Below, piece after piece: positions 1-9,952 of a DNA stretch of 40,653 nt (the stretch's first letter is position 1; every line of letters starts with the position of its first letter). The stretch spans positions 1 through 40,653 of the forward strand of contig JAJSAI010000010.1 of assembly GCA_024274695.1 (NCBI GenBank), given 5' to 3'. A program made the position numbers and the translations under genes. The notes beneath the pieces were generated by a model. It made no database searches and was not told the origin of the DNA. It worked only from the letters and a program-made list of their open reading frames with translations. The DNA is from an archaeon. GTDB lineage: Archaea; B1Sed10-29; JAJSAI01.

Positions 1-4
1 ATGA

Positions 5-1245
5 ATTTCAATCCTAACAAGGCACTATTGAAACATCAAGAAATAACTCTGACAATAACATGCGAAAAGTGATTTCAATCCTAACAAGGCACTATTGAAA
101 CACATGGCCAAGCTCGGCGCTAAGCTGGGAGTACTGATATTTCAATCCTAACAAGGCACTATTGAAACCTTAGGAGACATGCTAGTCCAGGCCCCCTGCC
201 AAGGATTTCAATCCTAACAAGGCACTATTGAAACGAACGCTCTAACTTCACTTACAATCTTGACGTTGACCGCATTTCAATCCTAACAAGGCACTATTGA
301 AACAAAGTTTACACAGGCTGGAGTATACTGGTTTACTGAATTTCAATCCTAACAAGGCACTATTGAAACTTTTAATTCTTCATCGTGGATTTGGTCAGCG
401 TAGTACATTTCAATCCTAACAAGGCACTATTGAAACGAAGAAGCCATCTGCAAAGTCACGTTCACATTATTAAGTCCATTTCAATCCTAACAAGGCACTA
501 TTGAAACTTGATAACGTAAAAACTCCCCTGCTTGATTCCCCTAACATTTCAATCCTAACAAGGCACTATTGAAACGGAATATTATCAGTTCGTAGGCCAT
601 TATCGGGTAGAAATTTCAATCCTAACAAGGCACTATTGAAACAGAAAAAAGAGAGAAGGAAGGTTTTTTTAGTAGGTTATTTCAATCCTAACAAGGCACT
701 ATTGAAACAACCGCTATCGTGGGACAACTACTTCAAAGTACAGGATTTCAATCCTAACAAGGCACTATTGAAACATAGGATACGCTCCAATGACCCTCGG
801 GATACTCGTAATATTTCAATCCTAACAAGGCACTATTGAAACTCTTCTGTTGTTCTAAACAGAACAACAAAAAAGAGGATTTCAATCCTAACAAGGCACT
901 ATTGAAACATTTGTTCTAAATCTTCCCTCGTGATTCCTCCGAATGTAATTTCAATCCTAACAAGGCACTATTGAAACTACAACATTGCCAACAATCTTAT
1001 ACAATTTCTTTAAATTTCAATCCTAACAAGGCACTATTGAAACTTGGTTGCTTATACCATTCAACTGGAGGGAAAAATGAATTTCAATCCTAACAAGGCA
1101 CTATTGAAACCAAGCCAGGGAGTGCAGACCTTTGACGGCAGGGTAAGATTTCAATCCTAACAAGGCACTATTGAAACGACTCCTGTGAGGCTGAACGTGA
1201 ACTGGTGCGAAGAATATTTCAATCCTAACAAGGCACTATTGAAAC
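5..1245 (-). CRISPR. CRISPR array: 19 identical 30-bp repeats (+ strand ATTTCAATCCTAACAAGGCACTATTGAAAC) and 18 spacers of 36-41 bp; probably continues beyond the left edge
   Basis: Repeats start at 5, 72, 139, 205, 274, 340, 407, 478, 546, 613, 679, 745, 813, 879, 948, 1014, 1081, 1148 and 1216. Minus orientation (GTTTCAAT...ATTGAAAT) is inferred from the AT-rich leader on the cas2 side. Confidence 0.99.
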
Positions 1246-1318
1246 GCGGTTAATTTCTTGCAATATTTTGGGCTTTTTGGGTTTATTTTTGTTTTGGTTT
1301 CCGGAATGCGAGGTTATG
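1246..1318 (-). promoter_or_regulatory. Short AT-rich CRISPR leader
   Basis: 73-bp non-coding stretch, A-rich on the minus strand, between the cas2 stop and the terminal repeat. Confidence 0.7.
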
Positions 1319-1606
1319 CTACTCATTTATATTGTCCTCGGAAAACAGGATCTGACCTCCTTCGGTTTTGTCCTTCCCGATCACCCTCTTTCTCAGCGCC
1401 TTTTCGGTCCTGGCCTTGTATACTCTTACCGAATCGTCTCCTTTTACTAGTTCTTTTAGTTTGTTTTCTAGTTCGAAGTACTGTGACCTTGTGAGTTCTC
1501 CTTCAAACAAAGAGTTTTGCACTCTGGTAAGATACTGCCTGAGCAGGTTACAGAACTTGTTCACTCTCTCTACTGAGACATCGTATGCTATGATATAGTA
1601 GGCCAT
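1319..1606 (-). CDS. cas2: CRISPR-associated endonuclease Cas2
   Basis: N-terminal YIIAYDV, RVQNSLFEG and DSVRVY motifs; start moved to ATG 1606, which has a GGTGA SD. Confidence 0.96.
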   Translation of the reverse strand: MAYYIIAYDVSVERVNKFCNLLRQYLTRVQNSLFEGELTRSQYFELENKLKELVKGDDSVRVYKARTEKALRKRVIGKDKTEGGQILFSEDNINE

Positions 1607-1610
1607 CAGT

Positions 1611-2558
1611 TCACCACCATGACACGAACGGTTTATACTCTTGCTGTCCGACAAAATGTTTTATCAGCTTGTATAGTTCTATTCTCATAAGACCATAGTA
1701 GGAAACTCTTTTCTTGAGGTTTTTGTGAAGTATTGTCCTTGACAGCTTGTCTTCCATTTCCTTTATTAACAGGGCCTTCCCTTTTTCTGTCAATAGTACT
1801 GCTTTGCCCTCTTTCCTGAAGTGTTCTTCTTTGAATTGTTTTTTCAGGATGAGTTTTAGGACACTCCTGTCCACGATCACCGGCTTGAACACTTCAGAAA
1901 CGTCAAGGGCTAGAGAAAATCTTCTTTCTAAAGGCTCATGCAAGTATGATATCGTAGGGTTTAGTGATGTGGCGTACAAAAGGGTTATTAACTTGGAATA
2001 TAGAAGCATGTTCCCGAAGCTTATTGCCGCGTTTGCCTTGTTCTGCGGGGGCCTCCTGGTCCTTTTTGTTATCCTGTATTCCGTTGGGAGCACTTGGTCT
2101 AATGCGTTGTAATACTTTTCTCTGAAGTTTCCTTCGTACGCCATGAGCTCTTGTACTGTACGGGGAGCAGGATACTCGCACACTATGGTCTTCCCGTACC
2201 TTGAAAGGGTTTTCAGCATGTTTTGCTGTGCTCCCTTGACAAATTTTTCCGCGAGAGCCAGCCTCTTGCGGTGGTCAAGGTAGTGTTCTGCTTGTTTTAT
2301 TGTCAGATATCCTGAAAGGTGGGAGTCTCTTGGATAGTAAGTGCCCTGGTACCCACCATGATAGTTATAGTAGTGTATTATTATGCCTTGTTTTGAGGCA
2401 AGGGAAAGGGCTTGTGAGGATACCGTTATCCTCCCCAGTAGGTGAAGAGAAGTTATCCTGTTTACGGGCAAGCGCTTTTTGCTTCCTTCAGTATATAGCA
2501 CGAGAGTGTTAGCATTTCTTTTCAGCACCCCGTTGTCCAATAGGTAGTAATCGGCCAA
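1611..2558 (-). CDS. cas1: CRISPR-associated endonuclease Cas1 (I-B-like sequence)
   Basis: LMAYEG, RRPPQNKANAAISFGN, SYLHE, SLALDVSEVFKP motifs and C-terminal YKPF..WW; likely TTG start at 2558 after a GGTGA SD. Confidence 0.97.
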   Translation of the reverse strand: MADYYLLDNGVLKRNANTLVLYTEGSKKRLPVNRITSLHLLGRITVSSQALSLASKQGIIIHYYNYHGGYQGTYYPRDSHLSGYLTIKQAEHYLDHRKRLALAEKFVKGAQQNMLKTLSRYGKTIVCEYPAPRTVQELMAYEGNFREKYYNALDQVLPTEYRITKRTRRPPQNKANAAISFGNMLLYSKLITLLYATSLNPTISYLHEPLERRFSLALDVSEVFKPVIVDRSVLKLILKKQFKEEHFRKEGKAVLLTEKGKALLIKEMEDKLSRTILHKNLKKRVSYYGLMRIELYKLIKHFVGQQEYKPFVSWW

Positions 2559-2563
2559 TGTAA

Positions 2564-3037
2564 TCACCCGAAGCAGATCTCGTAGTAACTGCAATTCCTA
2601 CAATAGTTCTTTTTCCGTGGCGCGGGAGGGTTTTCCCTTGAAACTATCCGAACAATTTTCTTTAGGGCCTCCTCAAGCTCTTTCCGGTCTTCTCTGGTCA
2701 GGGTTATTGTCTCTGTCTTCTTGTCTTGGTAGTAGTGTATGACCGCTTTTTGCTTTCCTGAGATCATTAGCATGTACTTTGCTTGCATTAGCGCTGCCCT
2801 ACGCATGCTTTTCCTCTTTTTTATCTCATGCAGTTCTTCGCCGAGCATGTCCACAGGGATGTCTCCTATCATGACTTCGTGCTGTTTTCTCTTGAAGGAA
2901 CTCTCGTGTATTGTCTTGCCTGTTTTCACGTTCTCGTGAGAGTGCTCGAGGCATATTCTGTGATGGTAGTACCATAGTTTCGTGTGGCAAATGTAGTAGT
3001 ACGCTATTTCTTCTGAAGTGGGTTGGAGAGAAAGCAA
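2564..3037 (-). CDS. cas4: CRISPR-associated exonuclease Cas4
   Basis: YYICxxKLWY, D...EIK and QxxY RecB motifs; C-terminal CxxCxYxxxC Fe-S ligands. Confidence 0.95.
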   Translation of the reverse strand: MLSLQPTSEEIAYYYICHTKLWYYHHRICLEHSHENVKTGKTIHESSFKRKQHEVMIGDIPVDMLGEELHEIKKRKSMRRAALMQAKYMLMISGKQKAVIHYYQDKKTETITLTREDRKELEEALKKIVRIVSRENPPAPRKKNYCRNCSYYEICFG

Positions 3038-3984
3038 TTTATCACGCTCGAACTGGGTTTTCTTTTCCGATCAACAGCCATTTTTCTGAGGGTGTTGTAC
3101 AAGTACGTAGGCATCCCTGTTTTCAGGAACAGCAGGAACTGGCTTGAGTACTTTTCGTCTTGCGAGACAGTGTTCAAGAAGGAATATAATTCATGAAATA
3201 CCTTGTGCTCTCCTGCTTCTGGGCTGAAGGCATCTTCCTCTGCGGCCAAGTACTTTACTTGAGATACTTTCTCGAAGTACTCTTTCCAGGGTCCTGACCA
3301 GGTCTTCCTGCAGAACTGGTATCCTTTGTTGCCTTTCTCTAGGACTAGCACGTTGAGATCGAACCCTTCCTGCATGGGCAGTTCAAGGAATGATATCGTG
3401 TGGGCGAGGGTCTTGGCCGTCCTGTCCGAGTAGTATGATGACATGCCAAGCTCTTTCGCTGCCAGGAGCTCGGATGAAGAAATTAGTCTGTTGGGAGAAA
3501 AGAACATGAACTGCGCGAGATTCCCGGATTCTATTATCATTGCGTATTCTTTCACAGCATGGGCTGCGAGTACTGCCAGCATGACAGGAACTTCTTCCCT
3601 TGCATAAGCATCCCCAAAAACCTTGACCGAAATCAACCCTTTTGACAGGGTGGGATCATACTGCATTGGGAACGGGGATGTTTCCTTGCTTCCGCTGGGC
3701 TTCCAGCCGAGAGGGAACTGGCCCGGGTCCTTGAGTGTTTTTTCCGCGAGAGAGTTCATTGCCTTGCTTACGTCTTCTCTCGTCAGATTACTCCATGAGA
3801 TCTCGTACACTATCCCTTTTGGTGCTATGATCAATTCTTCGTCAGGAAACTTTTCCAGTATCCCGTCTACTATTCCGTAGGCGATCCACATGTCAGCGTA
3901 CGGGCCTATTCCCGGGGTGGTGAGCTTGTTGCCCGCGATCTTGAGCCAGTCAAGCCAGTCCTCCTTCTTTTTACTTCTTGGCAT
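3004..3984 (-). CDS. cas8a: Type I-A large subunit Cas8a (Csa4/Csx9-like)
   Basis: TPG....D..IAYG.V N-terminal motif; position between cas3'' and cas4; start taken at MPRSKK. Confidence 0.7.
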   Translation of the reverse strand: MPRSKKKEDWLDWLKIAGNKLTTPGIGPYADMWIAYGIVDGILEKFPDEELIIAPKGIVYEISWSNLTREDVSKAMNSLAEKTLKDPGQFPLGWKPSGSKETSPFPMQYDPTLSKGLISVKVFGDAYAREEVPVMLAVLAAHAVKEYAMIIESGNLAQFMFFSPNRLISSSELLAAKELGMSSYYSDRTAKTLAHTISFLELPMQEGFDLNVLVLEKGNKGYQFCRKTWSGPWKEYFEKVSQVKYLAAEEDAFSPEAGEHKVFHELYSFLNTVSQDEKYSSQFLLFLKTGMPTYLYNTLRKMAVDRKRKPSSSVINCFLSNPLQKK

Positions 3985-4723
3985 TCCTTGCCGCCTCCAC
4001 CATCCTGTCAACGTATCTTGTGAAGAAAGGCTTTTTTCCGCCTCTTTCAGAGGCTCCCTTGTAATCGCACAGGACCAGGGGGATCACGAACGGGACCACT
4101 TTGCGATAGTACTCTCTCCTGTAGAACGGGTGGTACCTGGCCATGACCACTAGTCTTGAAAGGTTCCTTGTAACCAATTCCGCTGAAAGCACGGGGAGTT
4201 CAAGTTCTCCTATCTCCCTGCTGAACTCGTTCAGGAACTCCTCCACCTTTTCCTTGCTCGGGTGCCAGGATAGTCTTTCTCCTAGCCTGGTTATTTGATT
4301 ATAGGCTATTGAGGGTGTTAACGCCGGCTGGTTTATGTTCCCGAGCATTCCAAACATGAGTGGCTCGTGATGATGCAGGGTGGTCAGAGAAATTGTTCTT
4401 GCCTCGTCCGGAGTATAATGTCCTGAACTCTCCAGCATCTGGAGCGATACTGCCGCACTCACTAGCTCGTGCCGGTAGAAGGGTATCTTGCCCTTTCCAG
4501 TGTTGTTATCGTGGTATACTCTTGTAAGCTTTCCTAAGTCATGTAGTACTATCGCGGTTTTCAGGATTTTCTCTGGGTCAAGCCCGGTTACTTTTTTTAT
4601 TCTGTTCTCGTACCTTGGCAGAATCTCTTTCATCGCCTTTAGCATCAGGCGAACATGGTCCGTCATGCTCTGGGCGCATGCCCCGTTCTTATCATAGTAA
4701 GCGCACGGCTGCAATTCAATCAC
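3971..4723 (-). CDS. cas3'': Stand-alone Cas3'' HD nuclease
   Basis: DH, LHDLGK, RHELVS, HHE and LCD motifs; adjacent to the helicase gene. Confidence 0.93.
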   Translation of the reverse strand: MIELQPCAYYDKNGACAQSMTDHVRLMLKAMKEILPRYENRIKKVTGLDPEKILKTAIVLHDLGKLTRVYHDNNTGKGKIPFYRHELVSAAVSLQMLESSGHYTPDEARTISLTTLHHHEPLMFGMLGNINQPALTPSIAYNQITRLGERLSWHPSKEKVEEFLNEFSREIGELELPVLSAELVTRNLSRLVVMARYHPFYRREYYRKVVPFVIPLVLCDYKGASERGGKKPFFTRYVDRMVEAARNAKK

Positions 4724-6392
4724 CTTCTAACCCGATCTCAGGATCATATGTCTCGCTTTTTATCGCGTAGACCCCTCCTTCAACCACGTACCCCCTAAAA
4801 TCTTTTTTCACGTAAACTGTCCTCCCTGTATCCTCTTGTTTTTCTGGAACCAACTGGAAGGAGATAATGTTCTTGAGGGAATCTATCCTTTTCCCGTACA
4901 CGTAAAGCGAGCCTACCGAATAAGGCAAGCTCTTCTCCAGAACCCTTTCTGGACTAATAGAATACTCTTGTTCTTTTTCTGCTTCTTTTTCCAGGGGAAC
5001 CAGTGTCACGTAGTATCCTAGTCTTGCCTTGTAGGGCACGGCTGTTGGAGGAGAGGATAAAAGCATTAGGCCGTGCAAGTACTCTGTCGCGCTGCGTGCA
5101 TAGCTCCAAGCAGGGCCTCCCTTTCCCGTTTTTTTCGGATCATAGTCTTTGTATTTTTCGTCAATAAATTCTTGGGCTTTCCTGTTGTCTCTTAATGCCT
5201 TTTCTATCTTCAGCGTATCGTCCTGGGAAAGTTTTTTCACGAGGTTCTTAGGGTAAGGGACGTTCTTGGAATGATTGAGGATTGTTGCCATTCCTTCAGT
5301 ACCCGGTCTCCGGGCACACCTCCCGATCCTTTGTATTAGGGCATCAGCGGGACAGTTTTCTGTCACGACCAGCGAAACGTCAGGGAGGTCCAGACCCGCT
5401 TCAACCACCTGGGTCGCGATTATCATCTTGGCAGTGTTAAGCTCTTCTTCTTTCTTTTGTCTGTCCTCGTGCGTGAACTTCCCGTGAACTAGCAGGACAC
5501 TATCATCACCAAACAAACTCTTTATGCTCTGGTATGCTTCCACTGCCCTAGAAACAGTGTTAAAGACGAACAGGACTTTACCTTCTCCAGCTTCTTCGGT
5601 CACTTCCTTGAAAAAAGCTGTTGCTTTCTTTGGCTTCTTCAGAGTCTTAGGATCCCACTTCTCGAGTCTGACTTTGATTTTGCCTCTTTCTGGTTTCCTG
5701 TGATCAGATTTTCTCGGACTCTCTTCCAGGACCCCCTCTTTTACTTTCTCGAACATAAGTTCTTCGAACTTTGATGGGATAGTAGCACTCATCACGATCA
5801 TTGGAACCCCTAGTTTTCTGTTAACATGATGTATCACTGTACCGAGCAGTCTCGGCAGGTAGGCGAACTCGTCCTGGAGCATTTGAACTTCGTCAAACAC
5901 GACAAGACTTGTGGATGTTATGCTGGCGGGCATTGTGAATCTCCGTGAAACCGTTCTTCTTGCCCCGAGAGAGTAAGCGAAAGAGTCCCAGGTTGTTATG
6001 TTCACGAGCCCGGAGTACATCGGTTTTTCCATGATGTGCCCGTAGTCTACCAGCACTTGCTCTTGAGCGAATTCTTCAGCCTTTTTCTTGTCCCAGCCGC
6101 TTTCTTCGAGCAGGCTTGAGAACAGTCTGACTATCCTCTGCCTCTGCACGTTCACCAGGCTCTTGTTCGGGAGCACATAAATGACGCTGGAAAATGGATA
6201 TTCTCCCTGAGAATAGGGGCAAAGCAGGCTGAACAATGCGGCTTCTGTCTTGCCTCCCGCAGTCGGGGCTATGATCTTGAGTATTTTGGGCTCTTTTTCT
6301 TGGGCCATGCTGTCTATCTTTTCCCATACTCTAACCTGGTAATCGTAGGGTCCTGACCCAACAATTCTATTGAACACCTTCACTCTACCCAT
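4716..6392 (-). CDS. cas3': Cas3' SF2 helicase
   Basis: APTAGGKT, DEVQ, MSAT, ATQVVEAGLD and QRIGRCAR motifs. Confidence 0.96.
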   Translation of the reverse strand: MGRVKVFNRIVGSGPYDYQVRVWEKIDSMAQEKEPKILKIIAPTAGGKTEAALFSLLCPYSQGEYPFSSVIYVLPNKSLVNVQRQRIVRLFSSLLEESGWDKKKAEEFAQEQVLVDYGHIMEKPMYSGLVNITTWDSFAYSLGARRTVSRRFTMPASITSTSLVVFDEVQMLQDEFAYLPRLLGTVIHHVNRKLGVPMIVMSATIPSKFEELMFEKVKEGVLEESPRKSDHRKPERGKIKVRLEKWDPKTLKKPKKATAFFKEVTEEAGEGKVLFVFNTVSRAVEAYQSIKSLFGDDSVLLVHGKFTHEDRQKKEEELNTAKMIIATQVVEAGLDLPDVSLVVTENCPADALIQRIGRCARRPGTEGMATILNHSKNVPYPKNLVKKLSQDDTLKIEKALRDNRKAQEFIDEKYKDYDPKKTGKGGPAWSYARSATEYLHGLMLLSSPPTAVPYKARLGYYVTLVPLEKEAEKEQEYSISPERVLEKSLPYSVGSLYVYGKRIDSLKNIISFQLVPEKQEDTGRTVYVKKDFRGYVVEGGVYAIKSETYDPEIGLEGD

Positions 6393-7144
6393 CCTATCAC
6401 ATGCTTCTTGCCCTCAATGCTGACCTTCGTTCCTCTGACAACATCATCGGAGAACTCTATTGTCTTGTGAGCGTAAGAGTTCCTTCCCATTATGCGAAGG
6501 GGGAGAATAAAGTTCCTGAGGTTGCTCCCGTAATCTTTTTTTGACCAGCCGCTGGAGGAAGGGAAGACTTCTGTGAGGTAGGATCCCTTGAGAAGGGACC
6601 ATGCTTTCCCTGTATCGTGTACCGGAACATCGGATTGTCCGTACTCTCCGATGTTGACATCCTCATAAAACCATGCCCTGGTCAAGGTGAACAGGCTCTC
6701 CGTGTCCCCGAGTCTCACGATATTATCTATTCTTACCTTCTCCTTCAGGAAAGCGTACACGTAAAGCTTTTTAGAATAAGCGTATTCCTTGAGCAAAGCG
6801 TCTTCCCTCTCAAATCCTTTTGTGTCTGATCTTAAGGGCAATGCTCTTTTGAGAACGAATCTGTTGACCACCATCCGGTTCTCGCTCTTGCCAAGGAACG
6901 CTCCGCACAAGGGAATGCCTTCCCTGCGCTCCACAATTTCTTCTGCTTGGCTTATTGCATTCTCTGAGATTTTTTGCAGACTGTTTCCAGTTGGGGCTAT
7001 TTCTCCTGAGATGACAAGAGCCCTGGCTATCGCCCCGAGTACTGTTACTGGCGGGGGCAACAGCCAGGTTCTCTGCACCTTTACTGACTCAAGCGGCCTG
7101 ACCGAAAACAACGGGCCCCTGAGCTCTGCCACGAACAAGTGCAC
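6380..7144 (-). CDS. cas5: Type I-A Cas5
   Basis: FSVR, LPPPVTVLGAIA and RLGDTES motifs. Confidence 0.9.
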   Translation of the reverse strand: MHLFVAELRGPLFSVRPLESVKVQRTWLLPPPVTVLGAIARALVISGEIAPTGNSLQKISENAISQAEEIVERREGIPLCGAFLGKSENRMVVNRFVLKRALPLRSDTKGFEREDALLKEYAYSKKLYVYAFLKEKVRIDNIVRLGDTESLFTLTRAWFYEDVNIGEYGQSDVPVHDTGKAWSLLKGSYLTEVFPSSSGWSKKDYGSNLRNFILPLRIMGRNSYAHKTIEFSDDVVRGTKVSIEGKKHVIGWVE

Positions 7145-7150
7145 CTGAGC

Positions 7151-8113
7151 TCACTCTCCAAGGAATTCGTCCAGGTCCTTGGTGTCGGTTACCTTCTCGG
7201 CTTCCTTGAACAACCTGTCGTTCTCCTGTTTGTACTCCTTGTAGTGGGCTGAGACAGGGTTAGGCAACAGCCTGTCGCCCTTGACCCCGTACACTTCCGT
7301 TAATTTCATTATCGGGAGAGCTCTGGCCTGGCTTGCTCCGAACCTCCCGCGCAGCACATCCTTTATCGCGAGCAGTAAGGCCCTGCGCCTTAGGCCTGCT
7401 TCTTTTTCGTCGATCACTTTCTCGCCTGCTGACGTGACCCCTATCCTGTCAAGCTCCGCGATTATGAGGAATGAGTATTCTGCTGAAGAATATTCTCTCT
7501 CGAATAACATCATGGCAGTACCAAGCTCTTCTCCGGCAGACTCCTGCTCTTCTTCAGAAGACTTGCTTTTCTTTTTCTTTCCCTTGCCTATCTTGCCGGT
7601 CTCATCCACGTCAACCCTGTTATGGGTGACTGCGAAGGAAAGCTGTCCCTCGTCATACTCCTGCATTATCTCTTCAAGAAAGTCTTCAGGAGGGATAAGG
7701 AAAGAGGTTTTCAGGACGGATTCTCTCCTTAGCCCAACGTTCGGGACCAGGAACCCGAAAACGTCGCAGTCAGCGTACGCTTTCACAAGACTTTTTTCCT
7801 CCAAGTTCATGCCCTTCAGATCGTCCTCGTTATTACTCTGGAACCTGACCGCGTTGTACCTTCTGGCCCTCTTGCTCAGGTTTTTTCCTCCCAAGCTCGT
7901 GTAATGGTCGACGAAGGCCCTGAATATCCAGTGCCTGAGCATGTTCCCTGAGATTACTGGGACAGAGACTATCTTGTAACCGTCTCCCTTCTTCACCACT
8001 ATGTTGGCTCTCGTGATCTCGTTATAGTTTGAGCCTGCTCCTCCGGCAGTGTTCAGGGACGCCACGTTTATGAGCATCCTGCCTGTTATTCCAATGAACC
8101 CGGCCTCCTTCAT
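7151..8113 (-). CDS. cas7: Type I-A Cas7 (Csa2)
   Basis: SLN, VPVISGNMLRH, DVFGFL, RRES, HNRV and FGASQAR motifs. Confidence 0.94.
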   Translation of the reverse strand: MKEAGFIGITGRMLINVASLNTAGGAGSNYNEITRANIVVKKGDGYKIVSVPVISGNMLRHWIFRAFVDHYTSLGGKNLSKRARRYNAVRFQSNNEDDLKGMNLEEKSLVKAYADCDVFGFLVPNVGLRRESVLKTSFLIPPEDFLEEIMQEYDEGQLSFAVTHNRVDVDETGKIGKGKKKKSKSSEEEQESAGEELGTAMMLFEREYSSAEYSFLIIAELDRIGVTSAGEKVIDEKEAGLRRRALLLAIKDVLRGRFGASQARALPIMKLTEVYGVKGDRLLPNPVSAHYKEYKQENDRLFKEAEKVTDTKDLDEFLGE

Positions 8114-8445
8114 TCTTCATCACCTTCCCTACTCTTTTTTGATCCATGGTACGATAGCGCGAAGAGCCCTATGACCGGCGCGAGCACGCGCACTTTTCTC
8201 TTGTCACAGTCCCCTCCATTCAAGAATTTTTCCAGGGTTTCCAAGTGCTTTTCGTTAGGAGAATAGTTAGTGTGGGCCATTCTCGCTATTCTGACAGCAT
8301 GATACAAATTAGACCAGAGCTCTTGACATGTAGTGCTTCTGGCAATCCTGTCTACGGCAGAAAGCTTCATGTTCTTGTCACTCCAGACTAAAACGCTTAT
8401 GTACTCTCCTATCCCCCTAGCAGCCTCCAGAACCTCTTTTTCCAT
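8110..8445 (-). CDS. csa5: Type I-A small subunit Csa5 (Cas11)
   Basis: 111-aa helical protein with VDRIARS...LY.A.R, first gene of the Cascade operon. Confidence 0.7.
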   Translation of the reverse strand: MEKEVLEAARGIGEYISVLVWSDKNMKLSAVDRIARSTTCQELWSNLYHAVRIARMAHTNYSPNEKHLETLEKFLNGGDCDKRKVRVLAPVIGLFALSYHGSKKSREGDEE

Positions 8446-8507
8446 GAGAACTCACCCAGTATATGGTGAACAAAAACATTTAAAAACTTTACTGAGGTAG
8501 TTAATAT

Positions 8508-8524
8508 TTAACATTAAATGTTAA
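8508..8524. promoter_or_regulatory. 8-1-8 palindrome TTAACATT-A-AATGTTAA, candidate Csa3 operator
   Basis: Perfect inverted repeat in the divergent csa5/csa3 intergenic region. Confidence 0.5.
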
Positions 8525-9151
8525 GTGATGCTCATGTACTACCATATAGTTAATGTGGGATTCCACCATTCTCACGTTCTCCCCCCAGTGACCAGGTTCG
8601 GAGCGGAAAAGGTCGTACTAGTTTACTCTCTGAGGGATCCGGAGTACATGAGCAAAAAAGAGGCTGAAAAGAGGATCAAGGAAAGTCTGAAGAAAGCTGG
8701 GGAACTCCTGAAAAAAAACAATGTGGACTGCGAGAAAAAAGAATTGTCTGGAAACTTCAAGAGAGACTACTTGACCCTCCGCAGGATAATCAAAAAAGGC
8801 GGAAGCTGTGTCATAAACGTCACGGGCGGAAGGAAAATAACCACTCTGGCAATGGTTTACGCTGCAATGGCCGAGTTCAGCAGCGTGGCAAAAATCATTT
8901 ATGTAGTCAAGGGAAAAATAATAGAACTCCCCAAGCTCGTGCACGAGATAGACCTCACTGAAGGAGAAAAGAACGTGCTGAGAGCAGTACTGGAAGGATA
9001 CACCACCACCAGTCGGATCGCAGTAAAATTAGGCAAAAAAGAGTCGGCAGTGTCACGGAGTCTCAAGCTTCTGGAACGAAAGAAGATCATAAAACGCGAA
9101 AGGAAGGGGAAGCACACGCTGATAATCCCGGAAAACATTATTCTCGGATGA
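8525..9151 (+). CDS. csa3: Csa3 CARF plus winged-helix transcription regulator (start may be ATG 8534)
   Basis: VGFH and INVTGGRK CARF motifs; C-terminal LTEGE...IAVKLGKKESAVSRSLKLLE wHTH. Confidence 0.9.
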   Translation: MMLMYYHIVNVGFHHSHVLPPVTRFGAEKVVLVYSLRDPEYMSKKEAEKRIKESLKKAGELLKKNNVDCEKKELSGNFKRDYLTLRRIIKKGGSCVINVTGGRKITTLAMVYAAMAEFSSVAKIIYVVKGKIIELPKLVHEIDLTEGEKNVLRAVLEGYTTTSRIAVKLGKKESAVSRSLKLLERKKIIKRERKGKHTLIIPENIILG

Positions 9152-9839
9152 CCTCAACCATCCCAAAACCTTCTCCTGTGCGCGACCCAAAACCAGCCTG
9201 GTACCCGAACGCGATTAACCCAGGATCTCCCGTAACAACCAGCCTGGAAAACAAGACCCCTTTACAGTATCCTTTCCTTACCCTGTGCCTTTTTATCTTA
9301 ACATCCCCCTCCACCCTAAAGCTTATCCTGCCAGGAGCCATGCCAGTGAAATCATAGTACTTTCTCTGAACGATACCAGAAAGCCGCTCGTAAAACCCGG
9401 GTTCTGTAGGAAGCAAATCCGCATCATTTTTTCTTACCACAACAGGAGAAAGGCTTCTGAAAACAGCCCGTTCACCAAAGTCTGGTTCCTTGAGAATGCT
9501 AACGCTTGAGACTATTGCCTCAAAAGAAGAACCAAGTCTTACAACCTCATGTGCTACGGCATGCGAAAACAACCGGCCTAGCTCAGGATCTGGGGTGGAA
9601 AAAAAGAATCCAGTCCTACCATAACATAGTACTCCACTCTTTACGGGCTTCCTTTTTTCCGAGAGCACGTAAGAAAACGTGAACGGCTTGAACCCAGGAA
9701 GATCATGAACCATCCCAGCCGTGCTTCCAAGCTTTTCCTCTAGCACCCTGTAAATCCATGACATCAGCAGGTACTGGTGATCGTACGGCAGGAGCCGCCT
9801 GCCTCTCAGCGGATCCAACAGCACGTGAAACCTCATCAA
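9138..9839 (-). CDS. cas6: Cas6 crRNA-processing endoribonuclease
   Basis: LPYDHQY, H...FKPFTFS, LSPVVV and the G-rich loop GFGSRTGEGFG. Confidence 0.95.
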   Translation of the reverse strand: MMRFHVLLDPLRGRRLLPYDHQYLLMSWIYRVLEEKLGSTAGMVHDLPGFKPFTFSYVLSEKRKPVKSGVLCYGRTGFFFSTPDPELGRLFSHAVAHEVVRLGSSFEAIVSSVSILKEPDFGERAVFRSLSPVVVRKNDADLLPTEPGFYERLSGIVQRKYYDFTGMAPGRISFRVEGDVKIKRHRVRKGYCKGVLFSRLVVTGDPGLIAFGYQAGFGSRTGEGFGMVEVIRE

Positions 9840-9872
9840 AACCTTTTAACGTGCGCAAGAGTATATAACACC

Positions 9873-9950
9873 ATGCGTTCCATCCTGAACGAAATAGAAG
9901 AAAACGCTGACCCAGAGCACGCTAAGTCGGCTCGCAGGCTCGTGAAAACA
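9873..9950 (+). pseudogene. N-terminal fragment resembling an AlkD-family DNA alkylation repair enzyme
   Basis: MRSILNEIEENADPEHAKSARRLVKT, then an abrupt switch to an unrelated family in another frame. Confidence 0.4.
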
Positions 9951-9952
9951 AG

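Noticed and set aside
636-839. 67-aa ORF inside the CRISPR array
   Set aside because: It is a translation of repeats and spacers (FNPNKALLK recurs).
35-1215. Self-targeting spacers within the window
   Set aside because: None noticed by eye; not excluded without an alignment search.
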